The position numbers and the translations under genes were made by a program. From a virus (Duplodnaviria > Caudoviricetes), in IMG/VR virus record IMGVR_UViG_3300028883_000051, positions 1 through 61,332 of that record: 61,332 bases of DNA; one strand, given 5' to 3'. Every line of letters begins with the position of its first letter. Positions within the stretch are counted from its first letter, which is position 1. The notes below the pieces were generated by a model. That model ran no database searches. It saw only the letters and a list, made by a program, of their open reading frames with translations, and was not told the DNA's origin. Below, piece after piece: positions 9,396 to 16,362 of this stretch.

Positions 9396-9488
9396 CTAAC
9401 ATTGTCGTCAGTAGTAGTGCACAAGTAGAAGATCGCTTGTGCACTATATACTGGCAATAATGCCAGCATAGACAATAGGAGAAATACA

Positions 9489-9986
9489 ATGAAAGCCGTT
9501 AAACTGGGTTTGTGGGCAATCGCTTGTGTAGTGGCTATTTCGATCGGTCTGTTCGTTGGCGGGATTTTCACAGAGTTTACTGTCAGGTATGCTGAAATGA
9601 TGCATACAATCAATACTTTGCAAAACATACATAGGGCTGAGGTAGTCACTATTGCGCAATTGGACGCGCGCAGTACACACTACGAAACGTTGTACAATGA
9701 GACAGTAGCAGAAAATGCCCGGCTCGTACGTGAATCGCTTGATCTTACGAGCAGATATAATCACTTAGTCGATACGTCTAATTCAGCCATGGAAACCATG
9801 GCAACTACTGCACAGGACGCTATCCGGGATATCCTAGACCACAGGGCGGCATTGTCCTACGAAAGCAACAACTATAACACATCCGGTCATATGACCTTTA
9901 GCGCCTACGTCCATTTCGATATCCGGGGCCAGCGGATGATAGCTATATCACATCCTACTTTCCATCATCTTAACCCAGTAGACTGA
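9489..9986 (+). CDS. Membrane-anchored coiled-coil protein
   Basis: AGGAG RBS; N-terminal TM helix then heptad region. Confidence 0.75.
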   Translation: MKAVKLGLWAIACVVAISIGLFVGGIFTEFTVRYAEMMHTINTLQNIHRAEVVTIAQLDARSTHYETLYNETVAENARLVRESLDLTSRYNHLVDTSNSAMETMATTAQDAIRDILDHRAALSYESNNYNTSGHMTFSAYVHFDIRGQRMIAISHPTFHHLNPVD

Positions 9987-10061
9987 CAGCCCGCAAAATA
10001 CCGATATGGTGCGATAGTCTGATCCGGAACTATCGCACCATTAGCACTATAGGAGCAAATC

Positions 10062-10421
10062 ATGACCTACGCCATAGCAGCAGTACTCATTATCATCTGG
10101 CTGGCTGTTGTCTTACGCGCTCCGGCAAATGACACGGCTAACAAGGGAAACCGCCGCGTATCCCTAGCATGGTATACTGGCACCATGCTAGAAGATGTGC
10201 AATACGTCGAAACACGGACAATGGCGCGAGAAGCCATTAGACGCGCCTACAGGGATCACAAGCAAAAGAATATCCCAGTACAGTATACGCATGACTCACG
10301 TGGTAATTTGTGCGGCATGGTGACTCTATCGCATGAGTATTTCATTGAGTCAATCATGGATGTGAGTGATATCCAAGCGGCGTTGACTACACAATCCCTG
10401 TTAAGGGACAAACACAGTTAG
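10062..10421 (+). CDS. Membrane-anchored hypothetical protein
   Basis: AGGAG RBS; N-terminal hydrophobic helix. Confidence 0.75.
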   Translation: MTYAIAAVLIIIWLAVVLRAPANDTANKGNRRVSLAWYTGTMLEDVQYVETRTMAREAIRRAYRDHKQKNIPVQYTHDSRGNLCGMVTLSHEYFIESIMDVSDIQAALTTQSLLRDKHS

Positions 10422-10445
10422 CCGCCAAAGAGCAGGATCGACAGT

Positions 10446-10489
10446 ATAGGGTAAAATTAGTCTTATTTTACCCTATCCTGTTTTTTTTT
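10446..10489 (+). terminator. Intrinsic terminator
   Basis: ATAGGGTAAAAT/ATTTTACCCTAT stem followed by a T9 run. Confidence 0.7.
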
Positions 10490-11133
10490 GGCCCGCCGAT
10501 AATAATATTATCATGGTTAATTTTTCCGGCGGCTATCGGTTTTGGTTGGCCTAACAAGGAAAGCATAGAGCACCAAAGATATTTCTTAGGTTAGCCTAAA
10601 ATCCTGGCACTATTAATGATGCTGGCGCTAATACCTGTTAATGGTGGCGGCATTAATAACGATAAATTTTATCGTATTTGCTATTAGTCACGCCGTCATT
10701 AATAGGCCCGTCACCGTCCCACTAACAACCCCGTATTCCGACCTTTAATATCGGTTTTGGCTGGCATGAGCACTTCAGCCAAAACTCAACTTTTCCTTAA
10801 TGTTATGCAACTTTCAAATCAAAACGACAAGATAGCGTCAAAAACAGCTACGAAAGTTATGCTTTTTGATAGACTTTTTTATGTAAAAGAAGGGTATCAA
10901 AAAGTACCTAAAAATATCCCAAATTATCCCACATTATCCCAAGTTATGCAAGTAATTATTTATTTTTTTCCTATAGAAAAAAGTGTATAAATAAATAATT
11001 ATTTGCATAACTTTACTTTTTTTTACCCATAGCAAAAAGCAGAGCTTTTTTTGCTATGCTCTACGCTTACGCTTGAGCAATAGCAAAAAAAACTTTCTGC
11101 TGTTTTGTATTTGCCACCGACGTATAAGAAAGG

Positions 11134-11184
11134 ACTTTTTGATAGAGTTTTTAATTTGACAAAAACTCTATTAAAAAGTATAAT
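11134..11184 (+). promoter_or_regulatory. Consensus sigma70 promoter embedded in a 19-bp inverted repeat (putative operator)
   Basis: TTGACA 11156-11161, 17 nt, TATAAT 11179-11184; IR 11134-11152/11161-11179 with one mismatch. Confidence 0.9.
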
Positions 11185-11206
11185 GCAAAAAAGAAAGGAG
11201 TAAGTT

Positions 11207-11395
11207 ATGCCAAAATTAGTAAGGGTTTCAATTCCGATGTCAGAAAATAATCGAGAGGATATTGCGGCAATTGCAAAGATTGAACAGAGAAGCGTTGCTG
11301 ATTTTATCCGGAGAGCGGTAGAAGAATACATCAAGGAAAAGCATGAAGTGCAGATTACGTGGGAGTTACGCCGTTGGGAGAAAGCCGACGGATAA
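11207..11395 (+). CDS. Ribbon-helix-helix (CopG/Arc-like) DNA-binding protein
   Basis: RVSIPM strand then EDIAAIAKIEQRSVADFIRRAVEEYI; AAGGAG RBS. Confidence 0.85.
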   Translation: MPKLVRVSIPMSENNREDIAAIAKIEQRSVADFIRRAVEEYIKEKHEVQITWELRRWEKADG

Positions 11396-11399
11396 ATCT

Positions 11400-12293
11400 A
11401 TGTACACCGTTGGAAGTTTGTTTACAGGCGTTGGAGGCATCGATCTTGCTTTTCAATGGGCGGGGTATACTATAAAGTGGCAGGTGGAGGTTGACGATTA
11501 CTGTACAAGAATACTCGAACAACACTGGACGGACGTATTACGCTTCCGTGATATCAGAGGATGCACAGGGCGATATGGTAAAGGATGGCAGCGTTATCAC
11601 AGATTGCCACACGTGGATGTTATCGTCGGCGGCTTTCCTTGCCAAGATATTAGTCAGGCAGGTAGAGGCGCAGGTCTTACAGGCAGACGATCAGGCTTAT
11701 GGTACGAATTTGCCCGTATTATTAGCGAATTACGACCAAGAGTTGTGCTGTTGGAAAATGTCGCCGCCCTTACCTTTAAAAACAGAGGCGGAACAGAAGT
11801 TATTGGAACGCTTACCGAAATGGGGTACAGCACATCATGGGGAATTATTTCAGCATCCGATGCCGGAGCGCCGCACCTTAGAAAACGATGGTTCTGTGTC
11901 GCTGTGGCCTACACCGAGAGCCAGCGAATGGAAAGGCTGTGGGCCACTCGGCAGCAAAAGTCACGTTTACAGAGTAAATCGTCAATATCTGGATGCGACG
12001 GTGCAGGAAGCAGAACAGAAAACAGGGGCGCTCAATCCAGAGTGGATAGAAGCATTGATGGGCTTTCCTGTTGGTTGGACGGAAATCAAATAAATAATTG
12101 GTGGCAGGGATGGCCTATGCCTCTCGGAAAAGAACAATATGATTGGGAAGCGCCAAGAACAAAAGCATCGAAAGAAATGCCTATGCGTAAAAAACGTATA
12201 AAAGCACTTGGTAATGCTGTAGTACCACAGGTGGTATATCCACTTGCTGTAGAAATAAAAAAACTATTAAGTAAATATGAGGTTGATACATGA
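11400..12293 (+). CDS. C5-cytosine DNA methyltransferase (main subunit)
   Basis: Motifs SLFTGVGG (I), GGFPCQ (IV), LENV (VI), PHLRKRWF (VIII), ALGNAVVPQV (X). Confidence 0.95.
   Translation: MYTVGSLFTGVGGIDLAFQWAGYTIKWQVEVDDYCTRILEQHWTDVLRFRDIRGCTGRYGKGWQRYHRLPHVDVIVGGFPCQDISQAGRGAGLTGRRSGLWYEFARIISELRPRVVLLENVAALTFKNRGGTEVIGTLTEMGYSTSWGIISASDAGAPHLRKRWFCVAVAYTESQRMERLWATRQQKSRLQSKSSISGCDGAGSRTENRGAQSRVDRSIDGLSCWLDGNQINNWWQGWPMPLGKEQYDWEAPRTKASKEMPMRKKRIKALGNAVVPQVVYPLAVEIKKLLSKYEVDT
11860..12093 (+). CDS. Overlapping alternative-frame MTase small subunit (motif IX-like)
   Basis: SLWPTPRAS and LNPEWIEALMGFPVGWT in the +1 frame; start codon uncertain. Confidence 0.65.
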   Translation: MPERRTLENDGSVSLWPTPRASEWKGCGPLGSKSHVYRVNRQYLDATVQEAEQKTGALNPEWIEALMGFPVGWTEIK

Positions 12294-12541
12294 TAAACGC
12301 ACATATCTCTGGAAGAATACAAAGAGCCAATGAGGCGTGGGATCGGAAGTTTAAACATATGCTGTCAAATGATTTTGGGTCGGCTGTCCGTTTAAGTTAT
12401 AAGGAAGGGCAGATCGTTATCACAGAACTTAATGCACGTACTGCACAGGAAAACCTGAAAACGGCTGTTACTGCATTAAGAGAAATCGTTCCGGATGCTA
12501 TGCCGGAAAATTGCGCAATCGATACGTTTCACTGTTTTTAA
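12290..12541 (+). CDS. Hypothetical protein
   Basis: ATGA overlap, GAGG RBS. Confidence 0.7.
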   Translation: MINAHISGRIQRANEAWDRKFKHMLSNDFGSAVRLSYKEGQIVITELNARTAQENLKTAVTALREIVPDAMPENCAIDTFHCF

Positions 12542-12557
12542 AAGAAAGGAGAACATT

Positions 12558-12836
12558 GTGTTTGCGCTTACTCGTACAAAGGTTGATCAAATCTGGGCAG
12601 TCGGAGAAGTAAACTCGAATGACAGCGTACTCGAACACGCTGTAATCTATAAAGGGGATTTTTCTTCCGTTAAACGGCACAAAGCCGAGATTGGCTTTGA
12701 TACCGTCTATGTCATCCCACTGAATAACGGGATCGCAGCACAACTTCGTTCTTGTGATGGTCGTCGTGTTATTGTAGGCGGTGAGTATAATCCGTATAAG
12801 CGCGTTTATACGGTGGATACCATCGAAAAAATCTAA
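12558..12836 (+). CDS. Hypothetical protein (GTG start)
   Basis: AAGGAG RBS before GTG. Confidence 0.7.
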   Translation: MFALTRTKVDQIWAVGEVNSNDSVLEHAVIYKGDFSSVKRHKAEIGFDTVYVIPLNNGIAAQLRSCDGRRVIVGGEYNPYKRVYTVDTIEKI

Positions 12837-12839
12837 AGG

Positions 12840-12869
12840 TTGACAAAGGTGCATAACATGAGGTATAAT
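12840..12869 (+). promoter_or_regulatory. Possible sigma70 promoter
   Basis: TTGACA-18nt-TATAAT. Confidence 0.6.
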
Positions 12870-13109
12870 TTATATGGTGTGATACGTACCACCGATAAAC
12901 GTATTAATCCTGATTGGACGGACGGCGACGGATGTTTTATCGTTGCACAGTCGCCAAAACATGCCAAACGGTATGCCGCTGAAATTATGAACTGGCAGTA
13001 TTATAATATCGGCAGCATTTATCTTTTACAGAAAGATGTAGAAGGGCCGGAAGGTAAATGTGAAGTAGAAGAAGGATTTACTCTGTTGAAAGGACAACTT
13101 GTAGGCTAA
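12858..13109 (+). CDS. Hypothetical protein
   Basis: ORF coupled (TAATG) to next gene; start uncertain. Confidence 0.6.
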   Translation: MRYNLYGVIRTTDKRINPDWTDGDGCFIVAQSPKHAKRYAAEIMNWQYYNIGSIYLLQKDVEGPEGKCEVEEGFTLLKGQLVG

Positions 13110-13306
13110 TGCCCCATTATTTATATGAGTGCCCGGTTTGTAAAACGCGGTTTGTAAAAGAAATGTCGATAAAGGAATACGAGAAATTACAGGAAGGCGA
13201 TATTTCCTGTCCACGTGAAGGCTGTGATGGCGTTCCGGTAAGGAATATCGATACGCCGCTTTTGGTAATTTATAATGCGAAAGGATTTTATAGTACCGAT
13301 GGCTAA
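13109..13306 (+). CDS. FmdB-family zinc-ribbon protein
   Basis: MPHYLYECPVC...CPREGC...KGFYSTD is the FmdB/CxxC_CxxC_SSSS pattern. Confidence 0.85.
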   Translation: MPHYLYECPVCKTRFVKEMSIKEYEKLQEGDISCPREGCDGVPVRNIDTPLLVIYNAKGFYSTDG

Positions 13307-13538
13307 TCTTGTCGAAGATATATTTTTACCACTTCTTATTGGAATTATTATATTAGCGCTGGTAATGACGGGGGGTTTGTTTATCTATGATGTAGTTCTG
13401 GAAAACAATAATTGTTATCGTATTTCAGAAGAATATACATTTGTCGGCTTTGAAAATGAAAAAGCCGTCTGTACGTACCGTGATACAAATATCTTTTTGT
13501 ACTGTGATTTTACAGAAGTAGCGTGCCCCGATGAATAG
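13299..13538 (+). CDS. Small membrane protein with Cys-rich C-domain (family C)
   Basis: TM helix plus NCY...FVGFENEKAVCTY...YCD...CPDE. Confidence 0.8.
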   Translation: MANLVEDIFLPLLIGIIILALVMTGGLFIYDVVLENNNCYRISEEYTFVGFENEKAVCTYRDTNIFLYCDFTEVACPDE

Positions 13539-13773
13539 TATTATTCCAGATGTATTGATTGCAATCGGAATTGTAATGGTTGTCGTTGCTGTTATTGGTT
13601 TTGGTGTAGAAATGATTACTCGTGAAATAATCGGTGAAAATTGTTATTGTGAACCTGCTGGATTTGCTTTTGTCGGTTTTACTAATGACCGGGCTGTATG
13701 TCGCTATATAGATGTAGAAAATAAAGTATTTGTTTATTGTGATTTAGAATTATGTGAGTGCCCCGATGAATAA
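13531..13773 (+). CDS. Small membrane protein with Cys-rich C-domain (family C)
   Basis: TM helix plus NCY...FVGFTNDRAVCRY...YCD...CPDE. Confidence 0.8.
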   Translation: MNSIIPDVLIAIGIVMVVVAVIGFGVEMITREIIGENCYCEPAGFAFVGFTNDRAVCRYIDVENKVFVYCDLELCECPDE

Positions 13774-13990
13774 TCGTTGTTATATGTGCGGGAAGTACCT
13801 GTTATCGTGGTCACAAGATAATCTTGCCTATGTGGATGTGAATAATGCAGCGGTAGATGTTACAGGATATTATGACGCGCATAATCATTCAGCGCATTAT
13901 CGCCTTTGTCTTTCCTGTGCAAAGGAGATACAAAATATGATAGAAACAAGAAATATGATAAAAAAGGAGAATGATGCCGACGGAATGTAA
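13766..13990 (+). CDS. Small Zn-finger protein
   Basis: CYMCGK...LCLSCAKEI. Confidence 0.7.
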   Translation: MNNRCYMCGKYLLSWSQDNLAYVDVNNAAVDVTGYYDAHNHSAHYRLCLSCAKEIQNMIETRNMIKKENDADGM

Positions 13991-14195
13991 TATCTGCGGA
14001 AAGAAAACACCAGAAGGAAGTACCCGTATCGTATTCCGAACATATAAATACGAAAGCCCGGAAGGTTTTTGGGAAGAATTTCCGCCTATTGAAAGCTGCT
14101 CCGTAGCCAAAGGGCCGTGTATTTGTAAAGAATGTATGCAGGAACTTTATAAATGGTTTGCCGACCAGAAAGCGAAATATAAAAATGAGCCGTAA
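13971..14195 (+). CDS. Small Zn-finger protein
   Basis: CNICGK...ICKECMQEL; AAGGAG RBS. Confidence 0.75.
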   Translation: MMPTECNICGKKTPEGSTRIVFRTYKYESPEGFWEEFPPIESCSVAKGPCICKECMQELYKWFADQKAKYKNEP

Positions 14196-14460
14196 TACAG
14201 TAATCTTGCTTGCTCTCACCGTAGTCGTACTTATTATTATCGGCGTTACCGTTACTTATTTTAAAGTAAACGCGGATACGTGTATCGTTATACGGCACTT
14301 TGATCGTGCTGACGCAATATATACAAGAACGGCGTGGGAGATTGTTACCCTGTTTCCGTTTATCAATAAGGGCCTTTGCCGTCATCCGGTAAATAGCATC
14401 TACCGTGTCTGTGATTTGACGTATATCGATTGTGCGGCACTTGAAAGTATGATGGAGTAA
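14185..14460 (+). CDS. Small membrane protein with Cys-containing C-domain (distant family C)
   Basis: TM helix; GLCR...VCDLTYIDC. Confidence 0.65.
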   Translation: MSRNTVILLALTVVVLIIIGVTVTYFKVNADTCIVIRHFDRADAIYTRTAWEIVTLFPFINKGLCRHPVNSIYRVCDLTYIDCAALESMME

Positions 14461-14465
14461 AGTAT

Positions 14466-14693
14466 ATGATTACGGTACATGATTTTGTTTTTATGTACAG
14501 CTTACCGGAAAATAAAATTCCATCATACTTCGGGCCGGGTGTACGAGTTATCTATGACGGCATTTGCATTGAAGTAAAAAGATATGACAATGTACAAATG
14601 AATTATGAAATAGTCCTTGCTATTCTGGATAAAATTTATCCAAATGAACTATTCCGTATTTTTAATTTTGAATTTTTTAAGGATATAACGTGA
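14466..14693 (+). CDS. Hypothetical protein
   Basis: GGAG RBS, operon packing. Confidence 0.65.
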   Translation: MITVHDFVFMYSLPENKIPSYFGPGVRVIYDGICIEVKRYDNVQMNYEIVLAILDKIYPNELFRIFNFEFFKDIT

Positions 14694-14905
14694 TACCAGA
14701 AGAATGGCTTGAAGTCTTTAAAACCGCCGATATAATACATCAAATGAATATCGCCGTTATAATATCCCACGGAAGTATTACTATTTCTTATGCTGGTGAC
14801 GGCACGTGTCTTGATAATTTAAAACACTGTATGGAACTTTGGCGGAAAATAGATAAAGATATACGTTTTGAAGATTGCAGTTTATCGTTGGAGTATATGA
14901 GATAA
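14690..14905 (+). CDS. Hypothetical protein
   Basis: GTGA overlap, AAGGA RBS. Confidence 0.65.
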   Translation: MIPEEWLEVFKTADIIHQMNIAVIISHGSITISYAGDGTCLDNLKHCMELWRKIDKDIRFEDCSLSLEYMR

Positions 14906-14958
14906 TGTCAATCGTTTTATTTCTTACGTTATGTTTTCTCTGTTATTTGTTTATTAAT

Positions 14959-15031
14959 GGGGATGACAGGATTTAGATTACCGGGCTTACATTTAGACGG
15001 TAACACCCCGGTTCGATTCCGGGCATCTCCA
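14959..15031 (+). ncRNA. Mini-tmRNA: tRNA-like domain only, no mRNA-like domain
   Basis: Acceptor stem GGGGATG/CATCTCC with G3.U70 and discriminator A; stemless D-loop ACAGGATTTAGA; helix TTACCG/CGGTAA; 3-nt connector; T arm CCCGG-TTCGATT-CCGGG. Confidence 0.8.
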
Positions 15032-15033
15032 CT

Positions 15034-15096
15034 AACTGCAATGCCCTTACCTTACTTTACTTGGACGTGAAAGCGGGGGGTATTGCAGTTTTTTTT
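15034..15096 (+). terminator. Long stem-loop plus U-tract (terminator or second structured RNA)
   Basis: 15-bp stem 15034-15048/15076-15090, 27-nt loop with CGT-GAAA-GCG, then T run. Confidence 0.65.
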
Positions 15097-15146
15097 ATTT
15101 ATGCTATAATGAAAATTGAATTATATAACACAAAGGAGTGTTTTCT

Positions 15147-16244
15147 ATGAAGGTTTTTGGGTATCATATGGGGCCGAATTATCACGGAAATAGGCTTTTA
15201 GATTTATATGGACGTGGTAAGACTCCGGCTGTAGCCCTTACATTACTTGATAACAGAGAAGGTATTCCTGAGCTTATTCACCAGCATCCTGAAACGATGA
15301 TTATTGCACGCCGCTGGTGGGCGGGAAATAATCCAAATGGGGATGATAACGCTCAGGATTACATGGAAGGTGATGCTTATATGGATGGGCTTGTTACTTT
15401 CTACGGAAAGAACAAGGATGCTTACTACTACGTAGGCAATGAGCCGACACCTGCGACGTTACAGGATAAATTGCGGCTTGTTGAATTTCTGGAAAAAGCC
15501 GTAAAGTATGCCGTCGATTACGGTTACAAAATTGTTATCGGTAATTTCTCTGTCGGTAATCCGTCAACTGCGGATATTACAGGTGTTCTTTCTCCTATCT
15601 TCCGTCTTGTTGAAAAGTATGATAACGTCTATCTCGGTATGCACGATTATGGCGCATATCGTGGTCGCCGTCCCGACGGTAGCCCGGATGTATTCTTTCC
15701 TAATAAAGCGGCAGAAATCGTACAGCATTTTCCCGGCTGCTTCAATAAAATTATCCTTACAGAGGTTGGGCTTGATCGTCTCGTCCAATTTCCAAACAGC
15801 GGTAGTTGGAAAAAGGTACGGCTTACCGATGAAGAATATGCCGATGTACTACACCGGATGTACGTAGATTACTGGCGTTTTGCTGGCGTAATCGGTGCTT
15901 GTGTGTTCTTTTGGGATACTGATGAACACCGTTGGGGCGATTATAATATGTACCGCGCATCGGCGTTCCAGAATCGCGTATTGCAAACGGATCAGCTTCT
16001 TGTACTTCCGCCTACTACCGGGGATGATGATGACGATGACGATGATACACCGCCATCACTTCCACCGGAAATTGAACTTGATGATATAGAGGATGCGCTT
16101 ACCGAACTGGTTAGCATTATCAATGAAATCAAGGCTGCGCTGTCAAGTATCGATGGAGCTTTTTCGCTGGTAATTAATAACACAACGGAAAGTTATAATC
16201 TGGCGACACAGCTACTTGATAAAATTCAAGAACTAAATGATTAA
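15147..16244 (+). CDS. Glycoside hydrolase-like (clan GH-A TIM barrel) protein, lysin candidate
   Basis: VGNEP acid/base motif, GMHDY, ILTEVG nucleophile motif, CVFFW; acidic Pro-rich linker and coiled-coil tail; AAGGAG RBS. Confidence 0.7.
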   Translation: MKVFGYHMGPNYHGNRLLDLYGRGKTPAVALTLLDNREGIPELIHQHPETMIIARRWWAGNNPNGDDNAQDYMEGDAYMDGLVTFYGKNKDAYYYVGNEPTPATLQDKLRLVEFLEKAVKYAVDYGYKIVIGNFSVGNPSTADITGVLSPIFRLVEKYDNVYLGMHDYGAYRGRRPDGSPDVFFPNKAAEIVQHFPGCFNKIILTEVGLDRLVQFPNSGSWKKVRLTDEEYADVLHRMYVDYWRFAGVIGACVFFWDTDEHRWGDYNMYRASAFQNRVLQTDQLLVLPPTTGDDDDDDDDTPPSLPPEIELDDIEDALTELVSIINEIKAALSSIDGAFSLVINNTTESYNLATQLLDKIQELND

Positions 16245-16249
16245 ATAAA

Positions 16250-16276
16250 AATAAGGCTGCGTTTTGCAGCCTTATT
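16250..16276. terminator. Hairpin between convergent genes, probable bidirectional terminator
   Basis: AATAAGGCTGC/GCAGCCTTATT perfect 11-bp stem. Confidence 0.65.
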
Positions 16277-16281
16277 CTATT

Positions 16282-16362
16282 GCCGATGTGGTGGAATGGC
16301 AGACACGGTTGACTTAAAATCAACTGCCTTTGGGCGTGTGGGTTCGACTCCCACCTTCGGCA
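16282..16362 (+). tRNA. tRNA-Leu(UAA)
   Basis: Cloverleaf: GCCGATG/CTTCGGC (one U.U), anticodon arm GTTGA-CTTAAAA-TCAAC, long variable arm, GTGGG-TTCGACT-CCCAC; CCA not encoded. Confidence 0.93.

Noticed and set aside
14959-15031. Ordinary tRNA-Val(UAC), reading CTTACAT as an anticodon loop
   Set aside because: Flanks CCGGG/TTAGA do not form an anticodon stem, there is no D stem, and the acceptor has the Ala G3.U70 pair
16023-16046. GATGAT/GACGAT microsatellite as a contingency locus
   Set aside because: In-frame poly-Asp linker with mixed codons
14959-16362. attP fragments for integration into host ssrA or tRNA-Leu
   Set aside because: Both RNAs have matched 5' and 3' halves rather than one end, and no integrase was recognised
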